From Candidatus Didemnitutus sp. (GTDB taxonomy: Bacteria > Bacteroidota > Ignavibacteria > Kapaibacteriales > Kapaibacteriaceae), in the NCBI GenBank assembly GCA_035299365.1, contig DATGWS010000231.1:1-58238 (forward strand): a stretch of DNA of 58,238 nucleotides, given 5' to 3'. A program made the translations under genes and the position numbers. How positions within the stretch are numbered: the stretch's first letter is position 1; each line of letters begins with the position of its first letter. Of this stretch, positions 1 to 9,931 are shown in pieces. The notes beneath the pieces were generated by a model. That model ran no database searches. It was not told the DNA's origin and saw nothing but the letters and a program-made list of their open reading frames with translations.

Positions 1-1
1 T

Positions 2-328
2 ACATCGATTCTGACCGCGGCGAAGGTGTGCGGCGCGGATCAAGACCCTGTGGTCTGTGCGGCCGACTACGTGCGTAAGGGATTTCTGGTTAGTGTCAAC
101 GGGAAGCGCCTTGACTTACACTTTGTTTCATCAGTCCGAACGAAGGGCGATGAGATGTTTATCTTTCAGATCAATGTTGAGCCGCTGAGTATTGTTACGA
201 TCACCATCGATAACACGTGTTTCGTGACCGTTCAACGTCGGTTTGAATACATTGTTCGTTTCTTACTTAAGGACGATGTATCGTACAGCATGAACGACCG
301 TCGTACCACTATCACCCACACTTTTTGA
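2..328 (+). CDS. hypothetical protein, 5'-truncated at window edge (weak DUF6702-like guess)
   Basis: Frame 2 is open from the window edge to TGA 326-328. It abuts the next gene with a 1-nt gap. No diagnostic motif found, so the family guess is tentative. Confidence 0.4.
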   Translation, partial: TSILTAAKVCGADQDPVVCAADYVRKGFLVSVNGKRLDLHFVSSVRTKGDEMFIFQINVEPLSIVTITIDNTCFVTVQRRFEYIVRFLLKDDVSYSMNDRRTTITHTF

Positions 329-329
329 G

Positions 330-1541
330 ATGAACATGATGCGCACCATTGTCGCCTTTGTAGGTCTGGTTCTTGTTGGAGTATCAGCGCAATCTCAGTG
401 CGACCCTTCATCGATCTTTGAAAACACCACAACGAATGCAGTCTGTGTTTCTGTGGAGGGGGCTGTTCGAACGGTGTACACGAACGCGCTTCCGGATCAT
501 GAAACGGGTGTGTTTCCAAATCCCGGCAATCCCAATGCCATCAAGGCCCAACGCATCACTCTTACGATGTGTTCAGAGCCACGGTTAGCCCCCTCCAAAA
601 CGGTACTCGATCAAGGAAGTGGCAGCTGCCCTTTCTGGGTGTTTGGCGTCGGGATTAACGGGCTGGAGTTTGATCCGATCGCTAATGAGTTCTTTCGCAA
701 TACGAGCTCTGGGCAATTGAATCGTTCGTGGAATCTGAATGCTCTATCACCGAATGTGCATCTTGGATTGGATGTGAACCAAGCACACGTTCAGCCAAAT
801 GGCAAATATCACTATCACGGCAACCCGATAAAGTTCATCGAGTCTCTTAACATAGGCCCAACGGCGCATTCACCGATCATTGGATATGCAGCCGACGGAT
901 TTCCGATGTACTACCGCTATGTGTATGGAGATCCTACGGGTGGATCAACTGCTATTATCGATGCCTCATCTTGCCATCAACTGAAGGAAGGTGTGCGACC
1001 AGGTGATGGAGTCTCTGCACCAAATGGTACTTACGACGGAACGTACACACAAGACTATGAGTACGTTGCCCGCATCGAGTGTGTACTCGATGAGTGTAAC
1101 GGACGTTTTGGTGTTACACCAGAATACCCTAATGGAACCTACTACTACGTTATGACGGAGACCTTTCCCGTTATCCCCCGATGCCTCTCCGGCTATCCCG
1201 ACAAAGCGTTTACGATCGGTCCACCACAAATGGGATGCGCAACATCGAACGCATCTCAAATATGTACCGTGTCTGGCATTGAAAGTGATCCCGCTGCCAT
1301 GATGGAGCAGATCGAGATCACACCAAATCCGGTGCATTCACGACTATTGCTCAGATTCCATTCTCCAGACATCGAACACCATGTGACGTTGCTACGCATA
1401 TTCGACATTGAAGGTCGAGAAGTAGCATCGGTACGCGACGTGACGAATGGAATTGACGTCTCCGCTCTTCAAACAGGAACGTACTACGCTAGGGTATATA
1501 TAGGTGATGCTGAGATGACGAAGGTCTTCGTTAAACGTTGA
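330..1541 (+). CDS. secreted YHYH-motif protein with T9SS-type C-terminal sorting domain
   Basis: Signal peptide MNMMRTIVAFVGLVLVGVSAQS. Contains the 'NGKYHYHGNP' YHYH motif. The last ~75 aa ('ITPNPVHSRLLLRF...TGTYYARVYIGD...KVFVKR') fit the T9SS CTD pattern. Confidence 0.6.
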   Translation: MNMMRTIVAFVGLVLVGVSAQSQCDPSSIFENTTTNAVCVSVEGAVRTVYTNALPDHETGVFPNPGNPNAIKAQRITLTMCSEPRLAPSKTVLDQGSGSCPFWVFGVGINGLEFDPIANEFFRNTSSGQLNRSWNLNALSPNVHLGLDVNQAHVQPNGKYHYHGNPIKFIESLNIGPTAHSPIIGYAADGFPMYYRYVYGDPTGGSTAIIDASSCHQLKEGVRPGDGVSAPNGTYDGTYTQDYEYVARIECVLDECNGRFGVTPEYPNGTYYYVMTETFPVIPRCLSGYPDKAFTIGPPQMGCATSNASQICTVSGIESDPAAMMEQIEITPNPVHSRLLLRFHSPDIEHHVTLLRIFDIEGREVASVRDVTNGIDVSALQTGTYYARVYIGDAEMTKVFVKR

Positions 1542-1552
1542 CGTCGGGAGCC

Positions 1553-3274
1553 TTACTCTCCCGGCGTCACTCCCGACGTCTTACTCTCCCGGAGCGATGC
1601 CGCCGACGGCGCTGCCAGGCAGACCATCACCACTACCCCTGCGCCGATCACATTCAACCACAAGAAGCTCACAATGTCGATTGCATAACAGGTGATCACA
1701 ACACCTTCGGCAAGGATCGCTGCAATGAAGACAATGGTGCCTCGGGCGCGCTTAATGTAGAAGGCAACAAGGAAGATACCGAGTATGGGACCGTAGAAGA
1801 GACTTCCAAGGATGTTCACGGCTTCGATGAGCGACCCCATCCTGGTTGCCAACATACTTACGCCTATACAGAAAAGACCCCATACGAATGTGTGGATCCG
1901 GGCCTTCTGGACGGTTCCGTCATCCCCAATCTCTCGTTTGCCGAATACCAAGTGAAGGTCTACAAGACTGGCCGTTGCCAATGAATGAAATGCGGCACTG
2001 ATGCTCCCCCACGAAGCCAATATCACCACAGCAAAGATGAGCCCAACTAATCCCACGGGTAGCATCGTCCGCACAAAGTGTAGAAAGACGTAGTTCGTGT
2101 CACTGCTCTCAGCTATCCCTTGCTTCTTGACAATGCCCTTGAACTCTGCACGTAATGAGCGCAATTCATTCTGCGCTGAAACAAAGGACTCCGTAGTGGG
2201 CGATGCGGATATGGTTGGGATGTGCTCATTGTTCCGACGTTCCTTCAAGAGCTCGTTCGATGCTCGTGCAAGTTCGATATTTGCCGCGCTCCATTGACCC
2301 TGAAGTTCTTCATACTGCTGAGGGTGCTCCAACCGCACACGCTCAGCCACAGCATCGTTAAAGAATATGGGGCTTGGCATTACGGAATAGAGCGCTACAA
2401 GGAGGGCACCGATGAAGAGGATGCCGAATTGCATGGGGATCTTGACGATGCCGTTGAGAAGGAGTCCGCGTCGACTCTCGTCGGTGTTCTTGCCGGTGAT
2501 GAATCGTCCAACCTGACTCTGATCTGTTCCAAAGTATGACAGTGCTAGGAAGAAGCCCCCTACCAATCCGCTAAGGAGATTGTACTTGTCGTGGGGATCA
2601 CTCGAAAAGGTAATCACATTCAACGACCCGCTGGCACCAGCCAACGTTAATGCATCGGCAAAACCCATTCCGTTTGGCATAGATCCAACCAACACTACAG
2701 CGGCAACGATCATCGATGCGAGAATAATCCCAAACATCAATGTCTGCGTATGCGCAACAGCTCGTGCACCGCCACGCACAGTATACAAGAGGAGCAAGCC
2801 ACCAACCAGCATGTTGGTGAGGTAGATGTTCCACCCCATAATGCTCGCAACAATGATGCTGGGTGCGTAGATGCTGATCCCCGTGCTGAGTCCCCGAGAG
2901 AGAAGAAAGAGAATGCTTGTTACAACGCGCGTCTTTCGATCAAATCGCTTTTCAAGGAATTCGTACGCAGTGAAAACGTTCTGCTTCCGGAAGATGGGGA
3001 TGAAGGTCACACAGATCACCACCATTGCTATTGGCAGTCCAAAGTAGTACTGCACAAAGCGCATTCCGTCTGTAAAGGCCTGACCCGGTGCGCTGAGAAA
3101 GGTTATGGCACTTGCCTGTGTGGCCATCACTCCCAATAACACTACATACCATGGCAACGATTGATCGGCACGGAGATAGGCATCTGCGTTGTGCTGCCCC
3201 CTGCCACGCCACATCCCATACCCAAGTATGCCGGCAAGCGTCAATCCAAAAACAACCCAGTCTATGATGCTCAT
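1553..3274 (-). CDS. sodium:solute symporter (SSS family) with a ~95-aa hydrophilic insert
   Basis: 573 aa with many hydrophobic TM stretches. SSS-like N-terminus (MSIIDWVVFGLTLAGILGYGMWRGR) and the 'RGGARAVAHTQ' motif. Its ATG overlaps the stop of the upstream micro-ORF. Confidence 0.8.
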   Translation of the reverse strand: MSIIDWVVFGLTLAGILGYGMWRGRGQHNADAYLRADQSLPWYVVLLGVMATQASAITFLSAPGQAFTDGMRFVQYYFGLPIAMVVICVTFIPIFRKQNVFTAYEFLEKRFDRKTRVVTSILFLLSRGLSTGISIYAPSIIVASIMGWNIYLTNMLVGGLLLLYTVRGGARAVAHTQTLMFGIILASMIVAAVVLVGSMPNGMGFADALTLAGASGSLNVITFSSDPHDKYNLLSGLVGGFFLALSYFGTDQSQVGRFITGKNTDESRRGLLLNGIVKIPMQFGILFIGALLVALYSVMPSPIFFNDAVAERVRLEHPQQYEELQGQWSAANIELARASNELLKERRNNEHIPTISASPTTESFVSAQNELRSLRAEFKGIVKKQGIAESSDTNYVFLHFVRTMLPVGLVGLIFAVVILASWGSISAAFHSLATASLVDLHLVFGKREIGDDGTVQKARIHTFVWGLFCIGVSMLATRMGSLIEAVNILGSLFYGPILGIFLVAFYIKRARGTIVFIAAILAEGVVITCYAIDIVSFLWLNVIGAGVVVMVCLAAPSAASLRESKTSGVTPGE

Positions 3275-3381
3275 CGCCAGACCTCAGTGAACCAGGCATA
3301 GGCAAGGATCTGCACAATGAGAAAGAGAAGTACTCCCACGTACCATCGCCGCCATAGCGCATGATCGTTCTGCTCGGTCAC
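3271..3381 (-). CDS. candidate 36-aa single-TM micro-protein (below the ORF-track cutoff)
   Basis: Reverse-complement reads GTG ACC GAG ... TGG CGA TGA, giving MTEQNDHALWRRWYVGVLLFLIVQILAYAWFTEVWR. The GTG overlaps the upstream PIG-L stop (GTGA) and the TGA overlaps the symporter ATG (ATGA). One hydrophobic helix is preceded by WRRW. Confidence 0.35.
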   Translation of the reverse strand: MTEQNDHALWRRWYVGVLLFLIVQILAYAWFTEVWR

Positions 3382-5843
3382 TTCATCGATACCAGATTGG
3401 CAAAGAGTCGCATCGCACCGGATACACCTGCAGGAAGCTCACGAAACAACGACAATGAACACGATATGTAGTGACCCTTTCCTACTCTTGCATAGAGTAG
3501 TGATCCGGTAAGGGGCTGTTCGTTCTCGTCATGCATGGACAGCAAGGGCTCATATCGCTGGTCGTATTCATACGGGAAATACAACCCACGCTCTTGCACC
3601 CATCCATGAAAGTCCTCGGCTGTGATCTTGTTCGGCACATTCAATATCGGATGATCGGGCTTGAGAATGGTTACTTCTGCATCCTCTTCTGTAACTCGCT
3701 TGTTGGCAAGGGGCAAGGGATATGGCCCAAGCTGTTTGGTAGACATGTCCTGCGTGGTATTGTACTGCATTACGAGAGTTCCACCTTGCTCTACATAAGT
3801 AAGCAAGGCAGGCATAAGGTATTGCATACTCTTGCGCACGTTGATAGCACGTATGCCTACAAGAACGGCATCATAGGTTAACAGATCTTCTGTGCGCAGA
3901 ATTGTAGCATCATCGATTTCGTCTACTACTACTCCAAGCCCACGCAGAAACTCGGGTGCGTATTCACCGGCACCGGCGATGTAAGCGATGCGCTTTGCAT
4001 CGATCTCTACCCCTCGCTCGTCCGGAATGGAAATGCGTGCTGGGGTTGTGTATTGTACTGTTGGCAAATGCCCATACGTAATCGCATTCACCTGTCGATC
4101 ATACACCGTTCCGTTCACGTCCAATGCTACACGTAGTTTTGTGCCCGCATTGGTCGGGAGTGGTATGCTGATCAAGGTGTCGGTATTAGCCCTTATCGAG
4201 ATGCCTCGGACTTCTGTTGGTTGACGTCCTTTGTCGCCACTGACAAACAGTCGCGCATTGGATACGGGTTTATAGGCCCGAATTCGTACTCGTGCGCTCG
4301 ATGACGTCTCCACCAGCTGCGTGGGCTCAATACTCACCGGAGGTACAATTCGTAAAACCTCGATCACATCTCCTCGTAGGGGATCGAGCTTCTTGTAACT
4401 CACGGGCAGTCGCACAGCAATCGTGTCTGCGCCTACTCCAATGAGTACGTCAACACCATACGAGGGATCAAGAGTTGGCAGGATTCGTTTGTCAGGGGGC
4501 GATGCAATCGTGAAGGTGAACAGATTCCTACTGGACTCTGTTGCCAACCAATAGGGCTGTGTGATGGGCACGTTTTCCGGAACTCGTGTTGGCACATCAA
4601 TAGACACAAGTGAATCTTTTGGAAGTGCGATGTTACCGCGCTGTGCGCCGTCTGGCCAACGTGCAGATAGTAGCTGCAATGTTGTCCCTGCCCTTGTTGT
4701 GATGCGCAACGTGGATCGTAGAGAGTCTCCTGCACTGGCGATGGCCGTACCTGTTGTGACTTCCGCAGAGAGCCCCATACAGGAGAGAACGACTGACTCC
4801 ACTTCGCGTGTTTTGAGCGCACGCCACTCTGTATCATTCACCGAACGGATCATCGCACGTATGCGCAAGAGGGCATCAAGGGATCGTTCCGGATGGAGCA
4901 TGTCAAACGATGCAATCACATCGTCGATGGCCTTACCGATGTCGGTACGGCCTACACGCGACCATGTTGTGTCTATCCCGTCGAAGAGGCTCACCTTTGG
5001 TTCCGAACCAGCTATCGTAGCAAAGAACTCGGGTTGCACTCCGGGTGTGCTTGGCGTTCCGGCGCCTTGACTGCGGTGAATGCTCCGACTGATACCGGCG
5101 AGCTCACCATAGCCCATCCCTATTAGGGGATCGTATTGGCCTACTTCGAGTTTGAACATTCCATCTCTAACCGTACTCCGATTGCCAAAGCGGAAGGCAT
5201 TAAAGAGAAGTCGGGTTGGCTTCCATGGCGTTGTGCCTTGTAGCAATTCATCTAGTCTGGACTGATCATCCGTTGACACCTGCAGGGTACCATTGCAGTA
5301 GGAAACTGCATGTTCAGTGATGATGGCAGATGCAGAGTGCTGTCCATGGCCGGCCATACTGTCCTTGGGGAACCTGCAGATCACCACGTCCGGACGGAAT
5401 TGTCTGATAGTACGCACAACATCTGCAATGAGAACTATGGAGTCCCACTGTCGAAATGTCTCTTCCGGATTCTTCGAGAAGCCGAAGTCGATGGCGCGGG
5501 CAAAAAATTGGCCCGCGCCATCAAGCTTACGTGCTTCGAGTAGTTCGTAGGTACGTATGAGACCTAGAGAAGCCCCTTGCTCGCTACCGATGATGTTCTG
5601 TCCGCCATCACCACGAGTGATGGAGAGGTAGGCCGTTCGAATGTGACGTCCGGTAGCAAGCCACGAGAGGAGTCGAGTATTCTCGTCGTCCGGGTGGGCG
5701 GCTACGTAGAGGACACTCGTAAGCGACCGTAAGCGCTGGAGATCACCATAAATGCGCGTTGACGGCTTGGGCCGAACCGCTTGAGCCTGCATAGTAACTA
5801 CGGTTACAATGCCTAAAGCAAGGGCAAGAAGCTGTCTGGTCAT
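3378..5843 (-). CDS. PIG-L/LmbE-family deacetylase fused to a large C-terminal (ThuA/GATase1-like) region
   Basis: Signal peptide present. PIG-L signature 'YVAAHPDDENTRLLSWL' followed by 'TRGDGGQN'. C-terminus reads 'YDAVLVGIRA...GGTLVMQYN'. TAATG overlap with the upstream gene. Confidence 0.7.
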   Translation of the reverse strand: MTRQLLALALGIVTVVTMQAQAVRPKPSTRIYGDLQRLRSLTSVLYVAAHPDDENTRLLSWLATGRHIRTAYLSITRGDGGQNIIGSEQGASLGLIRTYELLEARKLDGAGQFFARAIDFGFSKNPEETFRQWDSIVLIADVVRTIRQFRPDVVICRFPKDSMAGHGQHSASAIITEHAVSYCNGTLQVSTDDQSRLDELLQGTTPWKPTRLLFNAFRFGNRSTVRDGMFKLEVGQYDPLIGMGYGELAGISRSIHRSQGAGTPSTPGVQPEFFATIAGSEPKVSLFDGIDTTWSRVGRTDIGKAIDDVIASFDMLHPERSLDALLRIRAMIRSVNDTEWRALKTREVESVVLSCMGLSAEVTTGTAIASAGDSLRSTLRITTRAGTTLQLLSARWPDGAQRGNIALPKDSLVSIDVPTRVPENVPITQPYWLATESSRNLFTFTIASPPDKRILPTLDPSYGVDVLIGVGADTIAVRLPVSYKKLDPLRGDVIEVLRIVPPVSIEPTQLVETSSSARVRIRAYKPVSNARLFVSGDKGRQPTEVRGISIRANTDTLISIPLPTNAGTKLRVALDVNGTVYDRQVNAITYGHLPTVQYTTPARISIPDERGVEIDAKRIAYIAGAGEYAPEFLRGLGVVVDEIDDATILRTEDLLTYDAVLVGIRAINVRKSMQYLMPALLTYVEQGGTLVMQYNTTQDMSTKQLGPYPLPLANKRVTEEDAEVTILKPDHPILNVPNKITAEDFHGWVQERGLYFPYEYDQRYEPLLSMHDENEQPLTGSLLYARVGKGHYISCSLSLFRELPAGVSGAMRLFANLVSMK

Positions 5844-6679
5844 TACTTCAGCGTTTTGATGAGGTCTTGTGCGTATTTGTTGTATTCAGCTTCGCTCGGA
5901 GTACCCTTAGCGACATCGATAGTCTTTGCGGCTGCTTCACGTGCAACATCGTTCTTTCCAAGTTTCGCTGCGATGCGAGCCTTGAGCATAAAGAGCCAAT
6001 ACGCCTTTGGGTTTTTATCAGCTGCCTTGGTTGCATAGTCGAGCGCTAGATCGAGATTCTGATTTGTCTCGTAGTAATACGTGGCAGCTTGTTGGTAGGG
6101 AATCGAAGGGGTATTGATCGCCTTTTCGATATTCGTCTTGAGTCGCTCTTGGTTGTTGGCCTTCACCGGAACACTCACATGTGTGCGCTCCCATGCGAGG
6201 TCGATCGTGCACGATGAGAACGTGATGTTGCCGATGTTGATCGTGAAGGTCTCAACTGTTGTTGGAAGTGTTGTAGGCTTCACTTTTATACGAACTACGT
6301 CATCCTTGGTGTCATAGCCCATCGCACCCCAGTTCCCTGTGTTCTTGTTGAGGATGATCTCCCATTCCGAAGCCCCTGGAACGGAATAGAATGAGTATGT
6401 GCCGGCCTTCACCGTTGTGCCACCGATCTCTACATCTTCGCCAAATGTGACCTTTGTTGCCGCGTTTGCACCGGTACGCCAGACGATTCCATAGGGAACG
6501 AGGTCGCCAAACACTGTTCTACCGCGCATGGATGGCCGGCTATACACGATCTCCATTTTAGAGGTAGAGAATTCTTGTGTGATCGTGCTGGTTGGACTAA
6601 GTGATGGCAGCTTTAACTCTTGTGCGCTCAATGAAACGCTCATCATGGCTGCAAGTATCAATACGAGGGTCGCCTTCAT
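5843..6679 (-). CDS. DUF2911-like secreted protein with C-terminal TPR-like helices
   Basis: Signal peptide MKATLVLILAAMMSVSLSAQ. 'VWRTGANAATKVTFGEDVEIGG' and 'AGTYSFYSVP' match my memory of DUF2911. Helical C-terminus 'AADKNPKAYWLFMLKARIAAKLG'. Confidence 0.55.
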   Translation of the reverse strand: MKATLVLILAAMMSVSLSAQELKLPSLSPTSTITQEFSTSKMEIVYSRPSMRGRTVFGDLVPYGIVWRTGANAATKVTFGEDVEIGGTTVKAGTYSFYSVPGASEWEIILNKNTGNWGAMGYDTKDDVVRIKVKPTTLPTTVETFTINIGNITFSSCTIDLAWERTHVSVPVKANNQERLKTNIEKAINTPSIPYQQAATYYYETNQNLDLALDYATKAADKNPKAYWLFMLKARIAAKLGKNDVAREAAAKTIDVAKGTPSEAEYNKYAQDLIKTLK

Positions 6680-6788
6680 ACGCTATTCCTGTAGTAGGGT
6701 GTGACGAATGGTGTTGGAACACAATAATAGGGGATTCAATTATCTCAGCGTGTATTTCGAGCATATCATAAATGCACTTCATCAGCGC

Positions 6789-6835
6789 AGCTTGGGCAAC
6801 GTAGGGACCACAATTGTAGTTCTACGGCCCAAGCT
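6789..6835 (-). terminator. long interrupted hairpin in the 271-bp spacer after the DinB-like gene (no U-tract)
   Basis: AGCTTGGGC (6789-6797) pairs with GCCCAAGCT (6827-6835). A nested stem pairs CGTAG (6800-6804) with CTACG (6822-6826), around the palindrome ACAATTGT. No T/U run follows on either strand, so the terminator role is uncertain. Confidence 0.3.
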
Positions 6836-6950
6836 CGCGCGTGAGGAAGCGGAGCAAGAATTCCGCGTTGGAGAGCATGGTGGTGATCAGTTCTCGTTTC
6901 GCGGTGGTAAAGGGAATGGCAGACGTGGGGAATGATCTGCCAACTCGACC

Positions 6951-7445
6951 TTAGAAATTCTGCTCGTCTGCACTTGGTCCGTAGGTACCTGGAATTGGGA
7001 TATCAAGCAAACGGAGATAGACACCAAGTTGTGCGCGATGGTGAATGATCTGGCTGATCGTCATCTGGATCACTTCATATCTCGTAGAGACAGAGTGGAT
7101 CACGTCTCCGGTGCGAAGGGTCCAGTTCCCGTCGAGCGACTCTTCCTTTGCCGAGGCTAGTGTATCCAAGGCCGACTGAAGAGATGTCTCCAACAATGCA
7201 ACAAGGTCATCCGCCGAATTGATCACTGGTGGATCGTAGGGCATGGTTGCAAAGTCCAGCTCATCTGTAGTAAGCGTCATTGTTACCCATGTTGGTAGGT
7301 CAGCAACGTGGGTTGCTAAGGACTTCATAACCATGCTCTTTGGGTGTGGTCGCCAGTCGAGTTTGTCAGCCGGCACTCGGCTCAGCATGTTCTTTGATTT
7401 GCCACATTCTAGCACCAGTTGCTTGGTGAATAGGTCGAGTCTCAT
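6951..7445 (-). CDS. DinB-family (four-helix, metal-binding) protein
   Basis: ORF trimmed to ATG 7445 (MRLDLFTKQ...). DinB-like spaced His residues ('HPKSM', 'THVADL', 'IIHHRAQLGVYLR'). Confidence 0.6.
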   Translation of the reverse strand: MRLDLFTKQLVLECGKSKNMLSRVPADKLDWRPHPKSMVMKSLATHVADLPTWVTMTLTTDELDFATMPYDPPVINSADDLVALLETSLQSALDTLASAKEESLDGNWTLRTGDVIHSVSTRYEVIQMTISQIIHHRAQLGVYLRLLDIPIPGTYGPSADEQNF

Positions 7446-7563
7446 CGTTCCTCCGGGGATTGGTGAAAAAGGGTGAAAAGGAGAGTGCAAATATATACAA
7501 AACGTATAATTCGGCGAACGTATTGTCGTTTGTGGCGATATGAATTATACATAACTTCGAAAC

Positions 7564-8301
7564 ATGACCCTACATGACGTCATAAAGGCGCTTGAAGAGA
7601 TCTCATCAAATGCTCAGGTAGAAGGGGCTCGATACGGGTATTTCGCTTCCTTATATCTTGGAATGACGCGATCTGTCCGAGACGCATTGGGTAAGGGGCT
7701 TTATGATAACGACGCCCGGATGGAACAGCTCTGCGTGGTGTTTGCGCAACGATATCTTGATGCCTTTGCAACGTGGCGTGCAGGGAAGCCGCCTACTAGA
7801 TCTTGGGCTGTGGCCTTCTCAGAAGGACAACGAGACGGGATCACATCAATCCAGCATCTGTTGCTTGGAGTGAATGCTCATATCAATCTCGACCTTGGGA
7901 TAGCTACACAGATTGTTGCGTCGGGAACTGACATTGAACTACTCAAACCGGATTTTGATCGTATCAATGGCACGATTGCGTCATTGTTCAATGTTGTGAA
8001 AGCACGTCTTCGATCGATCTCGTGGCCCATTCGATATCTCGATGATCTTGGAGGTTCAATCGATGATCGAATCGCTACGTTCTCTATCCGCATCGCGCGA
8101 GATGAAGCATGGCTGTTTGCAAAGCGGCTACACACGTGGCCCGCGTTTGACCACGCAAGAATCATTGTAGACCGTGATGCCGCAATAGCGGCATTCGCAC
8201 GCAGGATCATACAGCCCGGCGCTGCTGCGAATGTTGTTCTACGACCAGTGAAGTGGGCCGAACCACGAGATGTGCGTGCGATCCTTGCTTCAATGCAATA
8301 G
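7564..8301 (+). CDS. hypothetical protein, DUF5995-like
   Basis: 'FAQRYLDAF' and 'HLLLGVNAHINLDLGIA' resemble DUF5995 as I recall it. Confidence 0.45.
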   Translation: MTLHDVIKALEEISSNAQVEGARYGYFASLYLGMTRSVRDALGKGLYDNDARMEQLCVVFAQRYLDAFATWRAGKPPTRSWAVAFSEGQRDGITSIQHLLLGVNAHINLDLGIATQIVASGTDIELLKPDFDRINGTIASLFNVVKARLRSISWPIRYLDDLGGSIDDRIATFSIRIARDEAWLFAKRLHTWPAFDHARIIVDRDAAIAAFARRIIQPGAAANVVLRPVKWAEPRDVRAILASMQ

Positions 8302-8308
8302 ATCAAAG

Positions 8309-9931
8309 TCAGTGTCGGATCAGGACACTTGTGAGATTCACGTCGGAAGCCAGTCCGAGTTTCTTGCGTATCGAATAGCGGTGACTCTCCACATTCCGGA
8401 GTGATACAGACAACAATCCGGCGATCTCTTTGTTTGAGAGATTGATCTTTAGCATTGCACATACCTTGAGCTCTGTTGGTGTGAGCTTCGGATAGGTCTG
8501 TGAGAGCTTCGTGAGAAAGTCTTGATGCAGATGTTCGAACTTTTCTTCGAACCGAACCCATTCATTGTCATCACGTAGATCAGACGTGATCGCATGCAAT
8601 ACATCCTTCACAGCTTCGCGCAGTTCCGGATGCTGTTCGGAATGTGCGGAGATCTCTTTCCGCAGCCGTTGCAGGAAGGCATTCTTACTCACCAAACGCA
8701 TGGCCATCGATGCTAGTTCTTGTGAGCGTACCTCCATCAATTCTTCGAGGTGTGCATTCTTCAGTCGCAGCACCTCGCCTTCGCGTTCAGCTCGTTCCAC
8801 ATCGAACCGCGATTGCATTTCTGCAACGGCGCGTTGTCTGTCAAGCGTATACATTCCGTCCTTCAGCTCCGAGTACTCTTTCAGCGTTGTGTATGCTTTT
8901 TCGTACTCTTTTACGCGAGAGTACGCCTGCGATATCTGACCCAACGCTTCTACAACTATGTGATCGAGGTTATGGATCCTCGCTATTTCTAATGCACGTT
9001 CTATGATCGTGATAGATGATGAGGGGGCTTTCCCGGATGCTAATAGAGCACCGTGACATAACAATGCCTGTGCATGGAGGTCGTGTCTCTTGATACTCTC
9101 GGCCAACACCGCTGCAGTTGTGTACTGGTCCTTGGCCTTACGTGCGAGTCCTTGAAGTTCACATACGGAGCCGAGCTTGATGTGTGTTGCTGCTGCATAT
9201 CGCTTTTCTCCTAGCGCAGTAAAGATCTCCAATGCTTGATCGAGCGAGCGAATTGCCTCTTCATAATCGCCGCGCGCTTTGAAGTGCGTTGCAATAGCTT
9301 CAAGTGCATGAGCTGTGCCGTACGTATTGTTTGAGGAGCGGGCTAGATCGAGAGAGCGTTGGTCATACTCAAACGATCGATCCATGTCACCCAGGTAGTA
9401 ATAGATGTTGCTCACATTACCAACGTTCACACCAATGCTTCGTTGATCTCCAAGTGCTTCATTGATGCGAAGTGCAGACAGATAGGCCTCAAGTGCAGAC
9501 GGGAAGTTGGCCAATTGTTGGTGGATCATTCCAATGTTGTTGTATGCTGATGCAAGACCCGGAGCATCGTTGAGGTCAGTAAAGACATCAATTGACTCCT
9601 TAAGGTATGTGAGTGCTTCGGTGAATTGCATCATACCCGCGCGAACAACTCCCAGAACGAGAAGGCACTCGCCACATCGCATTCGGTCTGAGATTTCCCG
9701 CGCAATGTTCAGTGCTTCTATAGCACTGGCAGATGCAGAATTGTACTCAGTCCGCGTCTCATAACACCATGCAGCAGCATTAAGAGCATCGATCCTAGCT
9801 TCATCGTCCCCAATCCTCTCAGCCCGTTCCAAAGCCTCCTTTGCACAGGCAAGGCCCTTCAGTGGGTCGAGACGAGAATTCGCCTTCGCCTGGTGGATGA
9901 GCCCCGTCAGGATAGTGGATCTTTCGGCCAT
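8309..9931 (-). CDS. TPR-repeat transcriptional regulator with C-terminal LuxR-type HTH
   Basis: N-terminal ~350 aa of TPR-like helices, then a coiled-coil. C-terminus 'LTPTELKVCAMLKINLSNKEIAGLLSVSLRNVESHRYSIRKKLG' is a LuxR/GerE HTH. Confidence 0.75.
   Translation of the reverse strand: MAERSTILTGLIHQAKANSRLDPLKGLACAKEALERAERIGDDEARIDALNAAAWCYETRTEYNSASASAIEALNIAREISDRMRCGECLLVLGVVRAGMMQFTEALTYLKESIDVFTDLNDAPGLASAYNNIGMIHQQLANFPSALEAYLSALRINEALGDQRSIGVNVGNVSNIYYYLGDMDRSFEYDQRSLDLARSSNNTYGTAHALEAIATHFKARGDYEEAIRSLDQALEIFTALGEKRYAAATHIKLGSVCELQGLARKAKDQYTTAAVLAESIKRHDLHAQALLCHGALLASGKAPSSSITIIERALEIARIHNLDHIVVEALGQISQAYSRVKEYEKAYTTLKEYSELKDGMYTLDRQRAVAEMQSRFDVERAEREGEVLRLKNAHLEELMEVRSQELASMAMRLVSKNAFLQRLRKEISAHSEQHPELREAVKDVLHAITSDLRDDNEWVRFEEKFEHLHQDFLTKLSQTYPKLTPTELKVCAMLKINLSNKEIAGLLSVSLRNVESHRYSIRKKLGLASDVNLTSVLIRH

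Noticed and set aside
6708-6935. 75-aa plus-strand ORF, and an in-frame open stretch after the DinB stop, in the 271-bp spacer.
   Set aside because: There is no family similarity, and the ORF runs opposite to both flanking genes. The read-through frame gives only about 47 featureless codons. I kept only the hairpin at 6789-6835.
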